In this document: positions 30,287 to 40,677 of the stretch, in pieces | Layout: each line of letters begins with the position of its first letter | How positions within the stretch are numbered: position 1 is the first letter of the stretch | NCBI GenBank assembly: GCA_029245725.1 | Contig: JAQWOT010000201.1 | Coordinates: forward strand, 3,059 to 67,058 | DNA length: 64,000 nt | From: SAR324 cluster bacterium | Lineage (GTDB): Bacteria > SAR324 > NAC60-12 | Direction: 5' to 3' | Translations under genes and position numbers: made by a program | The notes under the pieces: generated by a model | Databases searched by the model: none | What the model saw: the letters and a program-made list of their open reading frames with translations, nothing else | What the model was told of the DNA's origin: nothing

Positions 30287-31140
30287 GAAGCTTGGTGGAA
30301 AGTCTCCTGCAAGAATTTCTTTAGAAGACCGATTTGTTCGGGAGTGTTCAGATAGGGTGCATGCCCACAGTTAGGGAGGGTAAATAACTTTCCCATTAGT
30401 CCTCTAGTCGTCATTTGGTCTGCAACACTGGGAGTCAGTATATCGGAAAATTCACCTCGAAGAATCATCACTGGACAACAAATCTGCTCATAGATCTCCC
30501 ACAGATCTCCTCCTTGGGACGCTTGGGCAAAGTATTCTGATAAACGTACATCTTAGTGAACAGTCCATCTACCATCATCTTTCCTCCTAGCTGAGGAAAT
30601 TGCCAACTCCTGCCATTCCTGATCACTGAGCCACTCAAAAGGCTGGTAGACCTGCTGAAAATACTGCTTCAGTTCCTGAAAATTGTTAAAAGTTGGGGGC
30701 CTGGAAACGTAGCTGGCAATCCGCTGAATCGCTCCAGTAGGTAACTCCGGACCGATATCGTTGATCACGAATCCCACCAAGTGCTTCTGTAAACTGGTGG
30801 CTCCAAGCAGCATGCCCATGATCCCACCCATCGAAGTTCTGATCCAGCCACAACGCTTGACCTGAAAATGCTCTAATAGGGCAACTGCCTGTTTCATGTA
30901 GAATGGGACGGTATATTCCGTCATTGGATCTTGTGCCCACTGCGAATGACCTCGTCCAAGAGTATCAGGAATTAGCAGGCGATAGTGTGGAGAGAGATGG
31001 GTTGCCAGTGTACGAAAGTCTCTTCCTGTGCGTGTCAATCCGTGCTAGAGGACCAGAGTTTCACTTGCAGCAGGATTCCAAACTTCTACATGGAGTTCTC
31101 GTTCACAGCACAACACATAGTGAGATTCAGGAGTTGTCAT
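30283..31140 (-). pseudogene. Alpha/beta hydrolase, disrupted
   Basis: One frame from ATG 31140 with in-frame TAG (31045-31047, L*HGLTRTGRDF) and TAA (30553-30555, H*DVRL); nucleophile elbow reads RTSMGG; C-terminal CGHAP. Confidence 0.85.
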
Positions 31141-31260
31141 ATTTCTGAGTGCAGGGGAATTGATTTGCGAAATACTGGTTAGCCCAGGCAAAATAGAAGT
31201 GTTTCAATAGTTTGCAGTGGGCTTTATTTTGCAGCAAGCGAATTCAAGGAGAAGAGAATA

Positions 31261-31608
31261 ATGGAGTTGTCCCAAAGGCAGTGTGTGCCTTGCTGTGGAG
31301 GTGTTCCACCGCTTAAAGGAGATGTGCTAGAAGTGCTGCTCCAAGAATTGCAGAATGACTGGAAGATGATCAACAAGCACCATCTTCAGAAAGATTATGC
31401 CTTTCCCTCTTACCAAGAAGCTCTTCGTTTCACGAATTTAATTGCGAATCTAGCAGAATCAGAAGGCCATCACCCTGAGTTGATATTATCCTTCCGCAAC
31501 GTACGTGTGAGCTACTGGACGCACAAGATTGATGGCTTGGTGGAGAGTGATTTCATCATGGCTGCCAAGAGTGACCTGATTCACGCAAATGAATTTACTG
31601 CTACCTGA
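31261..31608 (+). CDS. phhB: Pterin-4-alpha-carbinolamine dehydratase
   Basis: CVPC.GG, AESEGHHPEL, WTHKIDGL..SDFIMAAK. Confidence 0.92.
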   Translation: MELSQRQCVPCCGGVPPLKGDVLEVLLQELQNDWKMINKHHLQKDYAFPSYQEALRFTNLIANLAESEGHHPELILSFRNVRVSYWTHKIDGLVESDFIMAAKSDLIHANEFTAT

Positions 31609-31617
31609 TGTGAGATC

Positions 31618-34600
31618 TTGTCAGTTCCACGATATGTCGCCAAAGCCTGCTTCGGGCTCTTCACGCTGATCAATCTAGTACTGCTGACTGGTACAGCAGT
31701 ACTGGGCTATCTTGTGTTCCTAGCTCCTGCTCCTCATCTTGATCGTAATGCGATCAAGCAGCGTCTGCTTACCGAAACAACCGTCTACTATCGTGATCAA
31801 CGCACGAAATTAGGCGCCTTCTACGATCAAGTTCATCTTCTTTACCTGCAGGCCAACCAGCCAACTCGGATTGATTCTGACCTGGATGCAGTGATTCCAG
31901 AAGCATTCTTTGACGCAATCATTGCTAGTGAAGATCAATCTTTTTACCAGCATATCGGCATCGACCCTATTGGAATCCTCCGAGCGTCTTGGGCCAATTT
32001 GCTTGCAGGGCGTGTTATTCAGGGAGGTAGCACTCTCACCCAGCAGACTTCAGAACTTTTGTTTGAACACCGACCGGAACATGGAGAGGGGCGTTGGGCA
32101 AACAAGGCCCTGGAGACACTGGATGCCCTGCGTTTGGAAGCTCGCTACAGTAAAAGAGATATTCTTGAATTCTATACCAATCTATTCCACGTGCACGGAA
32201 CAGGGCAGGGATTGGCGATAGCGGCCCGTTACTATTTCAACAAAAACGTCTCAGACCTGAATCTTTCTGAGATCGCCTTCATTGCTGGTTCGGTTAAGGG
32301 GCCGGCAAACTACAATCCCTTCCGAACCCAGAATCCAGAGGAAATACAGCGTATTGTCGAGAGAGCAACGGAGCGTCGAGACTATGTCTTACGCAACATG
32401 CTGGAAATGGAACTCATCTCTGAGGAGCGTTTCCTGGAGGCGTCTCAGGATTTGGTAGCTTTTCGACAGGGGTCGTTCCGTTATCAAGATAACCACCAGA
32501 TTGAGGTGGTCCGACAGCAGATGAACGAAGAGCCATTTCACTCTATTTTACAGGACTATGGTGCTGAGGGGGTGGAAAAGGGAGAACTCCGCATTCAGAC
32601 GACACTTGATCCCAATCTCCAATATCTTGCGCAGTTTGAGTTGCGGCGACATCTCTCTCGCTTAGAATTTCAGCGCAATGGCTATGTTGCTCCAGTCACG
32701 AATCCAGAGCCATCCTCATTACAACCTGAATCCGGAAACTTCTACACTGGCCGAATTGAAGAGGTGTTACTGGGAGATAACCCGAGCGTAAAGGTTCAAG
32801 TAGGAACTGATCGGGCAGAAGTTTGGGGCTTGTTATTGGAAGAGTTCGTCCGTCGAATAAATCCACAAGTAACCAACAAACTTCGAAAAAAAGATTTTCA
32901 GCAAGCGCTTGAGAACCTAAAAACAGGTGGTTCAATTCTAGTGGCCTTGCATCAACGTGATAATACAGGGTCTGTTTGGCAGGCGAGCATTGAACAGCAA
33001 CCAACCCTTGACGGGGGCGTGATGGTTCTGCAAGATGGTGAGGTTCGGGCTTTTGCAGGTGGATTTGACCCTCGTGGATTCAACCGAGCCATGCAGGCCT
33101 ATCGTCAACCTGGATCAACCTTTAAGTTGTTACTATACATGGTGGCAATGGAGTTGGGTTGGAATCCGTTGGAGGCCTTGTCCAATGAGTATCGGGTTTA
33201 TCAATGGCAGGGTGAAGTCTACATTCCCAAGCCCGATCATAATCCACCAGATAATCAAAGTTCGATGGTCTGGGCTGGTGCGCTTTCAGAGAATCTAGCC
33301 AGTATCTATTTGCTGGAACACCTGCTCGATTACTTGGACCTAGAGCAGTTCGAACGACTAATGGAATTCGCTCGCTTTGCACGAGAAGAGAACGAAAGTC
33401 GTGCAGATTACGTTGTCCGGTTGCGAGATACTTATGGAATTATTGATACTCAGTATCGAATGCAGCCCTACTTGATGGAAGCAGCTCGGCAGGAACTCTT
33501 ACGCAATACTGCCTTTGAACCACCTGAAGAAGAGCAGGCGCTGCGCAATCTTTATCATGGTCGGAACTGGCGTGCTGAGGTGCGCTCACGCTTGCGTTCG
33601 GGTTCTGCGCGTGTAATCCGCGAAAGAGAGTTATTGGAAAATAACTTTTTGCGCCTTCAGGAGTTGCAAGAACGGTTACGGCAGCAACTTGTACAAACAA
33701 AAGATACCTTCCTCAACGGCAGTTTTAAAACTGATGATCAGGTGGCAGGAGAGTGGATTCAAAATTTTTATGTTCATGAAAGTGCACTGCGGACAGATCC
33801 TTATAACACCCCCATACCTCCACGATTAGCCTACGCAGAGAACCCCCGTGATCTTACAAAAGGCTGGGTTCCCATAACTCCCTATCGCTTCCGCTTGTAC
33901 AATCAGGTCTGGACTTCGAATCAGCGAGAGCGCTTCTTTTCACCAGCTAACATTTGGTTGCACGGACAGATCCGTTCCACGATTTTTCAGGGACTTGAAG
34001 ACTTGATGCAACAACGTCAGCAGGATTTATTGCGCCAGAAGCCCTATTCAACGGCACGTCTTTATTGGAATCATGACTTCAGGATGCTGCTTTCCCTACA
34101 GACAATTGTGGAAGTAGCAACGCTCCTAGGTGTCGAGAGCCCACTTCAGCCGGTGCTTTCGTTTCCGCTTGGTGCGAATGACGTAACGCTACAAGATCTG
34201 GCAATGCTTTATCAGTCACTGGCCACAGGTCAAGTTTTTGGAGATTCCACATCACCCAAAAAACATTGGTCATTGATTCGACGGATTGAGGATACCGGGG
34301 GTAGAACTATTTACGAAGCGAATCATCAATCTCGTACCATTCTTGATCCTGGTGTCAATCGGGCTTTGCAAGAAATTATGCGTTCGGTAGTTGAGTATGG
34401 AACAGGCCGAAGAGCAAAACGCTTTCTACAAACAGAGTATGTGCGTGAAGATGGAAAACAGGTGAAAGTACAAATCCCTGCTCTAGGGAAAACAGGAACT
34501 GCCAACAATTATTCAAATGCGACCTTTGTTGGTCATTTGCCAGTTCCAACACGACAGGGAATGCAAACCCAGGGAGGTTACACAATCGCCGTCTATGTTG

Positions 34601-35046
34601 GCTCAGATCGACCTGGGGAAGCCGAAGCAACTGCAAATCGGTTCCGCCTGACAGGTTCCAGCGGAGCTCTGCCAGTTTGGTCGCGTATCGCCTACTACTT
34701 GATTCAGACTCACGAGTACCAAGAACGCCTACGAATCTATCATCCCAATCTCAAGTCGCTCGAAGGAAAGCTACTTCTAAGTTATGCGACATCTCCTCCG
34801 CTCAATGTAAATGATAAAAATGGCTTGCTGGAGGGAGATGTCACGGAGCGCAACGCAGAAGTCTTCTTACCACTACCCGACTCCAAATTACCCCGGGAGA
34901 TTCCACTGTTTTCTCGCTTGCTGGAAGGGCGATCACATACTTCAGTGGAGGGTGTCTGGAAGGAGGGAAGATGGATTACCGCAATGAAGCAGCCACAGTT
35001 GATGAGCAGCACGAGTGATACCGACGTAGAGCAAGTGCCGAGATAG
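31618..35046 (+). CDS. Class A penicillin-binding protein (PBP1A-like) with a large insertion
   Basis: N-terminal TM; GT51 motifs EDQSFYQHIG and GGSTLTQQ; transpeptidase motifs RQPGSTFK, SEN, GKTGT. Confidence 0.9.
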   Translation: MSVPRYVAKACFGLFTLINLVLLTGTAVLGYLVFLAPAPHLDRNAIKQRLLTETTVYYRDQRTKLGAFYDQVHLLYLQANQPTRIDSDLDAVIPEAFFDAIIASEDQSFYQHIGIDPIGILRASWANLLAGRVIQGGSTLTQQTSELLFEHRPEHGEGRWANKALETLDALRLEARYSKRDILEFYTNLFHVHGTGQGLAIAARYYFNKNVSDLNLSEIAFIAGSVKGPANYNPFRTQNPEEIQRIVERATERRDYVLRNMLEMELISEERFLEASQDLVAFRQGSFRYQDNHQIEVVRQQMNEEPFHSILQDYGAEGVEKGELRIQTTLDPNLQYLAQFELRRHLSRLEFQRNGYVAPVTNPEPSSLQPESGNFYTGRIEEVLLGDNPSVKVQVGTDRAEVWGLLLEEFVRRINPQVTNKLRKKDFQQALENLKTGGSILVALHQRDNTGSVWQASIEQQPTLDGGVMVLQDGEVRAFAGGFDPRGFNRAMQAYRQPGSTFKLLLYMVAMELGWNPLEALSNEYRVYQWQGEVYIPKPDHNPPDNQSSMVWAGALSENLASIYLLEHLLDYLDLEQFERLMEFARFAREENESRADYVVRLRDTYGIIDTQYRMQPYLMEAARQELLRNTAFEPPEEEQALRNLYHGRNWRAEVRSRLRSGSARVIRERELLENNFLRLQELQERLRQQLVQTKDTFLNGSFKTDDQVAGEWIQNFYVHESALRTDPYNTPIPPRLAYAENPRDLTKGWVPITPYRFRLYNQVWTSNQRERFFSPANIWLHGQIRSTIFQGLEDLMQQRQQDLLRQKPYSTARLYWNHDFRMLLSLQTIVEVATLLGVESPLQPVLSFPLGANDVTLQDLAMLYQSLATGQVFGDSTSPKKHWSLIRRIEDTGGRTIYEANHQSRTILDPGVNRALQEIMRSVVEYGTGRRAKRFLQTEYVREDGKQVKVQIPALGKTGTANNYSNATFVGHLPVPTRQGMQTQGGYTIAVYVGSDRPGEAEATANRFRLTGSSGALPVWSRIAYYLIQTHEYQERLRIYHPNLKSLEGKLLLSYATSPPLNVNDKNGLLEGDVTERNAEVFLPLPDSKLPREIPLFSRLLEGRSHTSVEGVWKEGRWITAMKQPQLMSSTSDTDVEQVPR

Positions 35047-37275
35047 ATCATCTGGGCCATAAGTGGAAGCATCTGCATCAACTAAGAGAACATAGTCAAA
35101 TTCAAGTCCCTTGGTTTGTGAAATATCAGTCACTTCAACTCCGGCCCTGAAAGAAAAATCCTGATCAGCAACCAATCGTAATCCTGGTATCTCGGCTCGT
35201 TCTAACTGCTCTGCAATTTTTCTAGCCTCTGGTAGCTCTCGAGTGAGTACGACCACACTCGCAGAAGGCTCTCTCCTCAGTAAACTGCCGAGACTATCCA
35301 CTAGAAACGCAATCAGTACTCCTGGATGCTGAAAGCCAAACCGTTCCACAGGTGCACCATGTCTTGTGGCTTCCCATACTGTATTTACGCTTAGGTGACC
35401 AATGACATGCCTTGCAACCTCCATAATTTCATAGGTAGACCGGTAGCCAATCGTTAGCGGTTCCATTGCAGTAACTTCCACACTCAGGGCCTGTAACATG
35501 GTATCCCAGTCCTGGTAGCAATTTCCTGCCAAAATACGTTGATCCATATCTCCAGCCAACGTTACGCTTCTACGCTCTGGAGGCGTCATGGAGAGTAATA
35601 ACTGAAGCTCTGGAATACTGAAATCCTGGACCTCATCTACTAGTAAATGATGATACTGCAGTAATTTATTCTTCCGACCACGGAGAGGTCCCGTAGTCAG
35701 TTGGTAAAGCAGCAACAGTAGGGTGTCATCTTCTTCATCTAGGGTTGGCAATTCATCGCTGAGACTCTGATTTTCTAGCCAACCTTCCGGTGTTTCTCCA
35801 TCTTCTTCGACTCGTTCTCCGACGATGACCTGACGCCGCTGGTAACAACGTACGTTCCAACTCCAAATTTCTTCGAGTTGACTTTCACTGAACGAACCTG
35901 GAGCAAAATCAGTGATTGCTTCCTGCAAGGTTCTACGTTGAATCAGCGCGTCATTCCAGAGTTGAAGAGCTAATGCTTGAGGATTCTTGAGGACATCAGG
36001 GAACCAATCTTCTACTAGACGGTCTATTCGCTGCTGGATTGAGGAATTGGGTATAGGTGGTAGATGTGTAAAGGTTTCTTGCCCCTGGGTCCATTTCAAC
36101 AGGCGAGATAACCGATCGGTCACTGGAGAGTTAGCAGAGCTGTTCCACACAGTGATTACATCATCCCCTTTGATCAATGAACTAAACAATTCCATCAGGG
36201 TAGCCTGAAACCGTTCCAGCCGATGCTCTAGCTCCTTAGCACACCAAGCTAGAATGACAGGGCTTCGCTTGAACTCGATTACTCTTACGGGAGTATTCTC
36301 AGCATAACGAGAAGGCAGGTCTGGGAAAAAACGTTGACGTAACTGAGCAACCCATTCCTGAAAGACTCTTGCTTCTACACCATCAACTCCAAGTGAAGGT
36401 AGCAGCTTGCTAATGTACTGGGCGAGGGCACGATTGAAAACAATCGGTAGGATGCTATTGCTGTTGAAGTAGTTTGGCTTTTGCATCATCAGGTAGGCGA
36501 GTCGATGTAAAGCTACTGTTGTTTTGCCCGAACCAGCCCCACCCTGAATAAGAATCACCCTAGCTTCTGGCTGACTAATGATTTCAAACTGCCGTTCATC
36601 AATCAGGGCTGTGATTTGCGGTAGGTGCTTATCCAGTCGGTACGGTCCAATTTCATGGACTGGTCGGGTAGCACTGCCACTTCCACCACTCAGCTCAATC
36701 CTCGTCTGTTTCCACTGAAACCACTGACCGTCTTCAAAAAACCACGTTCCTTGTGGACAACTGACACTGCGTAGAACTCCATCTTCGATACGGACTAGTC
36801 TTCTAAGTAAGAGCCGTCCTTCAACTTCACGCCCTCCCAGTTCTTCGATATACTCTTCCTCTTCCTGGTAACGGTAGAAAATTTGACTAACCGGAGCCTT
36901 TTTCCAATCGACTATGGAGCAGGAGAGATGGCCTGAGAAGAAGTTCTGGTTGCCAAGCAGTAAATCTCGAGTCTTTCCCTGCTCCTGTAAGCGCATGTGG
37001 GCAAAATATGGGGAGTGCCAGTGAAAACTTCGATTCCGTGGTGTCCGCTCCTGTTGACGTTGAGCAAGCAGAACCAGTTGTTCAATTTGGGTGGTCAGTG
37101 CAGGTAAATCTTCTGGATGCGCTTCACTTAGAGAATCTCGCAACTCGAGAATGTCATCATAATAATTGGGGTCAGCTTCATCAGCTTGATCACGCAAGGC
37201 TCCTTGTTGAACTTGTTGTAATAAGTCCAACTCTTCACACACTGCGTCCGGGAGAGTAGCAACCGGTGTTCGCAT
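34942..37275 (-). CDS. HelD-like superfamily 1 (UvrD) helicase/ATPase
   Basis: SPYFAH...VDWKKAP N-terminal motif, GGAGSGKTTVALHRLAYL, DEVQD, GDMDQ, YRST, KGLEFD, YVGITRA. Confidence 0.85.
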   Translation of the reverse strand: MRTPVATLPDAVCEELDLLQQVQQGALRDQADEADPNYYDDILELRDSLSEAHPEDLPALTTQIEQLVLLAQRQQERTPRNRSFHWHSPYFAHMRLQEQGKTRDLLLGNQNFFSGHLSCSIVDWKKAPVSQIFYRYQEEEEYIEELGGREVEGRLLLRRLVRIEDGVLRSVSCPQGTWFFEDGQWFQWKQTRIELSGGSGSATRPVHEIGPYRLDKHLPQITALIDERQFEIISQPEARVILIQGGAGSGKTTVALHRLAYLMMQKPNYFNSNSILPIVFNRALAQYISKLLPSLGVDGVEARVFQEWVAQLRQRFFPDLPSRYAENTPVRVIEFKRSPVILAWCAKELEHRLERFQATLMELFSSLIKGDDVITVWNSSANSPVTDRLSRLLKWTQGQETFTHLPPIPNSSIQQRIDRLVEDWFPDVLKNPQALALQLWNDALIQRRTLQEAITDFAPGSFSESQLEEIWSWNVRCYQRRQVIVGERVEEDGETPEGWLENQSLSDELPTLDEEDDTLLLLLYQLTTGPLRGRKNKLLQYHHLLVDEVQDFSIPELQLLLSMTPPERRSVTLAGDMDQRILAGNCYQDWDTMLQALSVEVTAMEPLTIGYRSTYEIMEVARHVIGHLSVNTVWEATRHGAPVERFGFQHPGVLIAFLVDSLGSLLRREPSASVVVLTRELPEARKIAEQLERAEIPGLRLVADQDFSFRAGVEVTDISQTKGLEFDYVLLVDADASTYGPDDLSRHLLYVGITRAAHQLWLLHCGNPSSLLPDTLH

Positions 37276-37299
37276 AACAGGTAACGAATAGTAAGAGGT

Positions 37300-38724
37300 C
37301 TAGAGGGACGTGGGTGTGTCTTCAGAATGAGTAGCCTCAGGTGAAGCTTGCTGCAGGAAATATTGCCCGATAAATAGATCCAGCATGGCTATCACCGCTT
37401 CATCAAGATGCTGCATAACCCAGAGTATGATTTGCTCACCTTGTGACGCCAAGGCAACATCAGTGAAGTGAGATACATATTTTTCAAAACGGGTGGAATC
37501 TCGATCTTGTCCGGAAGTAGTAGCTTCATCTACAAACAGATAATCTGCTAAGTCACCAACTCTTTTAGTATGGCCGAAAATGATTTGTCCATAGTGAATA
37601 TTGAGAGTCGGAAACTGTTTAGCCTGTTGGCAAGCGTCTTCCAAGCTGTTTGGTAACCCATCAGAGAGATGAATCACCACTCTATGCCCTTCTGTTTTCC
37701 CAAGCAACTGTTGAGAAAATGAAAAGATGGCATCGTAGGCAGTTGTGCCGCCTGGTGCAATGAAATTCTGAAAATTATTCATTACCCCCTGAGCACCGTC
37801 GCTATAGGGTAAAATACTCAACGTAGAGTCAGGTAAATAGGTTGGCAGAGTTCTCAATAACTCCGCACAAACCAGATTGGAGAGCTTAAAGATTTCTTTC
37901 TCGAAGGTCGAAGCACTCATGTCCAACAGAATCATCACATGGTGCGGTACACTCTGAATCTCGGGAAGTGTGGTTTCCTGAAATAAAGAAGGAAGCTCTC
38001 CCTGATTTTGCATCTCCAGCACTTTCTTGGCAACATCGGACAGGGTTGCTTCCATCACTTGTTGATCATGAGCAAACAGACTTTCCTCCATTGGAATTAG
38101 CGGGGGATCGAGTAAATCAAACTTGGTTGGGACTTTAAACTGGAACATGTTCTCTTCTGCCTGCTGCCGTAGTTCCTTGTTCAGGCTTGAATTCTTATTC
38201 TTGCTTTCAAGGGTTTGTTGGCGTTGCCGATTAATAGTTTCCAAAGCAGAGCGATATTCTTGTAGAAGTTCCAGGCAAATTTTGTGTTTGAGTATGCAGG
38301 CAAATTTTTGTTCCCAGTTTTGCTTAGGAAGTGGCTCTCCCTTAAAAAAAGGAATACGACGACCTTGCTGTAGGTGAATCTCAAAGTCTGGGTCTAGTTT
38401 GCCAAAGCGAAACCCAAGGTTTGATAGACGCAAAATCTCATGAACGCTGAGGAGCACACGTCGTTTAGGAATCACAAAATTGATTCCCATGAGGCTGACT
38501 TCTTGAAGACATTTTTTCAGAAGCTCGATATTTTCTGGTGAGTCACCCGCATACTCAGTGAGTAGAGAATTTTGTAATTCCTGACTGCGACGAATTGCCG
38601 GTGCCAGCTCCACGTTTCGCAGGTGTTCACTGGCCAATTGGCGTGTCTGTGCACGTAGGTCCGCATGAGGTCGGGGATCAAGTTGAGGTGGTGCTGGAGA
38701 AGTGTAAATGGTGCTGTTCTTCAA
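37300..38724 (-). CDS. vWA-domain protein with helical N-terminal region
   Basis: MIDAS motif ILLDMSAS, GGTT, HLSDGLPN. Confidence 0.75.
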   Translation of the reverse strand: MKNSTIYTSPAPPQLDPRPHADLRAQTRQLASEHLRNVELAPAIRRSQELQNSLLTEYAGDSPENIELLKKCLQEVSLMGINFVIPKRRVLLSVHEILRLSNLGFRFGKLDPDFEIHLQQGRRIPFFKGEPLPKQNWEQKFACILKHKICLELLQEYRSALETINRQRQQTLESKNKNSSLNKELRQQAEENMFQFKVPTKFDLLDPPLIPMEESLFAHDQQVMEATLSDVAKKVLEMQNQGELPSLFQETTLPEIQSVPHHVMILLDMSASTFEKEIFKLSNLVCAELLRTLPTYLPDSTLSILPYSDGAQGVMNNFQNFIAPGGTTAYDAIFSFSQQLLGKTEGHRVVIHLSDGLPNSLEDACQQAKQFPTLNIHYGQIIFGHTKRVGDLADYLFVDEATTSGQDRDSTRFEKYVSHFTDVALASQGEQIILWVMQHLDEAVIAMLDLFIGQYFLQQASPEATHSEDTPTSL

Positions 38725-38879
38725 GAGTTGCTTGCGCTATAAAGAGTGTTTGTTGGGTTGTTTTGATGAGAAATATAGACAGGAAGGGTTGGTCTGCTTT
38801 GTGCTTTTGTGGATCTTGTGTGCGTCAATGCCCTAGATGCCCTAGCAATTTTTCTTCCGCATGCCAACGGAGTTTGTTC

Positions 38880-39281
38880 ATGGAGACCATACTACTCGGT
38901 TTTTGTTTGATTTCCCTGATGATCACAGGATTGATCGTTGTGGTGGAAGTCCTCCGAGAGCGCAAAAGATTTTCAAAGCTTTCTGAAGAAGTAGAACTGC
39001 GCCAAGAGTTGCGTTCTCTGTCCAAGGAAAGTTTTCAAGTAGTCGAGGAAGAAAGCCAACCTCAGATTAGTCAACGAGTCTTCGATGTTTTACGACAACA
39101 ACTGAAGATTTTTGGTTATCGATCTGAAGAGCAGCAGATGCTCTTTTTGAACCGTCTGCTAGGCAGCAATCACAAGGTTCTTTCAGACCTGAGTCCACAG
39201 GAACTGCGCCAGGTGTTTGCGGAAATTCACCGCTACAACGCCTCCCCCATGAACTATGACGCTCTTGCGCAAAGCGCCTAG
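38880..39281 (+). CDS. Hypothetical membrane-anchored protein
   Basis: ATG after GGAG; N-terminal TM (METILLGFCLISL...), short helical domain. Confidence 0.6.
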   Translation: METILLGFCLISLMITGLIVVVEVLRERKRFSKLSEEVELRQELRSLSKESFQVVEEESQPQISQRVFDVLRQQLKIFGYRSEEQQMLFLNRLLGSNHKVLSDLSPQELRQVFAEIHRYNASPMNYDALAQSA

Positions 39282-39805
39282 GATTCGAGTTTCCGCCAGT
39301 TGCTGCGGTAGTGTTCCGCTCTGATGACATAATGGGCACTTGCCTGACGAATCTGTTCAAGAATCTCGGGCCCATAAGCTTTCTTCACCTTGGCTGGTGA
39401 ACCAGCTACCAGCGAAAAAGGAGGAATTTTGGTTCCTTCCAGCAATAAACTTCCTGCTCCAACGATACTTCCCTCTCCGATTCGCACACCGTTCATCAGA
39501 ATAGCCCCCATCCCGATCAAGCAGTCATCTCCAATCGTACAGCCATGCAAAATGCAGCGATGCCCGACTGTGACTCGAGTACCAACCTCTAAAGGGAAGC
39601 TTGGATCGACGTGACAGATGGTCGCATCTTGTACGTTTGTTTCTTCACCAATCACGATTTGATCAGAATCTCCCCTCAGCACACTTTGAAACCAAACAGA
39701 ACTCTTGGCCGCTAGCCGAACATTGCCAATGATCTGTGCGCTCTCTGCAACATAAGTGCTGTCATGTAATTGTGGATAATTCTCACCTAGAGCAGATAGA
39801 GTCAT
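39278..39805 (-). CDS. Gamma carbonic anhydrase family protein (YrdA/PaaY-like)
   Basis: Hexapeptide repeats, LRGD, NVQD, CH, GH..LHGC, GSPAK. Confidence 0.93.
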   Translation of the reverse strand: MTLSALGENYPQLHDSTYVAESAQIIGNVRLAAKSSVWFQSVLRGDSDQIVIGEETNVQDATICHVDPSFPLEVGTRVTVGHRCILHGCTIGDDCLIGMGAILMNGVRIGEGSIVGAGSLLLEGTKIPPFSLVAGSPAKVKKAYGPEILEQIRQASAHYVIRAEHYRSNWRKLES

Positions 39806-40059
39806 TTGGATTCCTTGATTCTACGAGCTACTCCCTTTTCTTCCAGTTGTACAAGCATTGCGCTGAGTTCATCACTCTTCAATCCAGATTCTCTTTCCAG
39901 TTCTTGCGAACTAATCTGGACAAGATCAGTTTTTCCTCTTACTGCTGCTCCACAGAGTGCAGCAAATAATTGATGTTCCTTCTGACCCGGTGGACTGAAC
40001 AATCCAAGGAATGGATTTGGATTGATTTCCCAGAGTTCCTGGATTTGCTGGAATTTCAT
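39802..40059 (-). CDS. Small hypothetical protein, possibly winged HTH
   Basis: ISSQELERESGL...LVQLEEKGV; ATGA overlap with the next gene. Confidence 0.6.
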   Translation of the reverse strand: MKFQQIQELWEINPNPFLGLFSPPGQKEHQLFAALCGAAVRGKTDLVQISSQELERESGLKSDELSAMLVQLEEKGVARRIKESK

Positions 40060-40083
40060 AGATGGTGGTTTGAAGAAGAAGAT

Positions 40084-40632
40084 CTAGAGGTACTGTTGAG
40101 AAATCCGCTGACGTAGTGCTGGAAGTATTCTTCCAACATCCTGTGAGTTTGGATGGATTTTTTGCAGAGATTCATAGGTTGATAAGGCCTCTGAATAATC
40201 CTGAAGACGCATTTGGATCATTCCTAGACCAGAGAGTGCACCAAAATGGCGAGGTTCCAAGACAAGAGTTTCCTTGATGTCAGCAATTGAGCCGATCAGG
40301 TTGTCTCTGTAGTAGCGAACGGTGGCTCGCTTGTTCCAGGCCTCTGCCCAGCCAGGAGCTTTTTCGATCAATTGCGTAAATAATAACTCAGCCTGCTCCA
40401 AGTCACCGTTCTGCATGATCTCGGAAGCTGCTTTCATGGCTTGTGTAAGCTGTGAGTTCGGATGTTTTAACCAGATCGTCCAAATGTTTTGAACAATCGG
40501 ACTTGCCGTATAGGAGGTTTCCGCCTGTTCCAGTTGGTTAAAAAGATCAGGTAATTCTGGATTACGTTGGTCAGCCTGCAGACCACTCCAGCCAACAGCG
40601 ATACTTAGCAGAAAAGGAATAATGAACTTCAT
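40084..40632 (-). CDS. Exported TPR protein
   Basis: Signal peptide; PGWAEAWNKRAT, LEPRHFGALSGLG. Confidence 0.85.
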   Translation of the reverse strand: MKFIIPFLLSIAVGWSGLQADQRNPELPDLFNQLEQAETSYTASPIVQNIWTIWLKHPNSQLTQAMKAASEIMQNGDLEQAELLFTQLIEKAPGWAEAWNKRATVRYYRDNLIGSIADIKETLVLEPRHFGALSGLGMIQMRLQDYSEALSTYESLQKIHPNSQDVGRILPALRQRISQQYL

Positions 40633-40677
40633 GAGGCCTCCTGTCTCAAAAAACCAAGTTGTCTAATCTGATTACGA

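Noticed and set aside
38595-38879. Cys-rich N-terminal extension of the 38595..39281 ORF
   Set aside because: It overlaps the vWA gene antisense and the divergent promoter region; ATG 38880 has an RBS and begins a TM helix.
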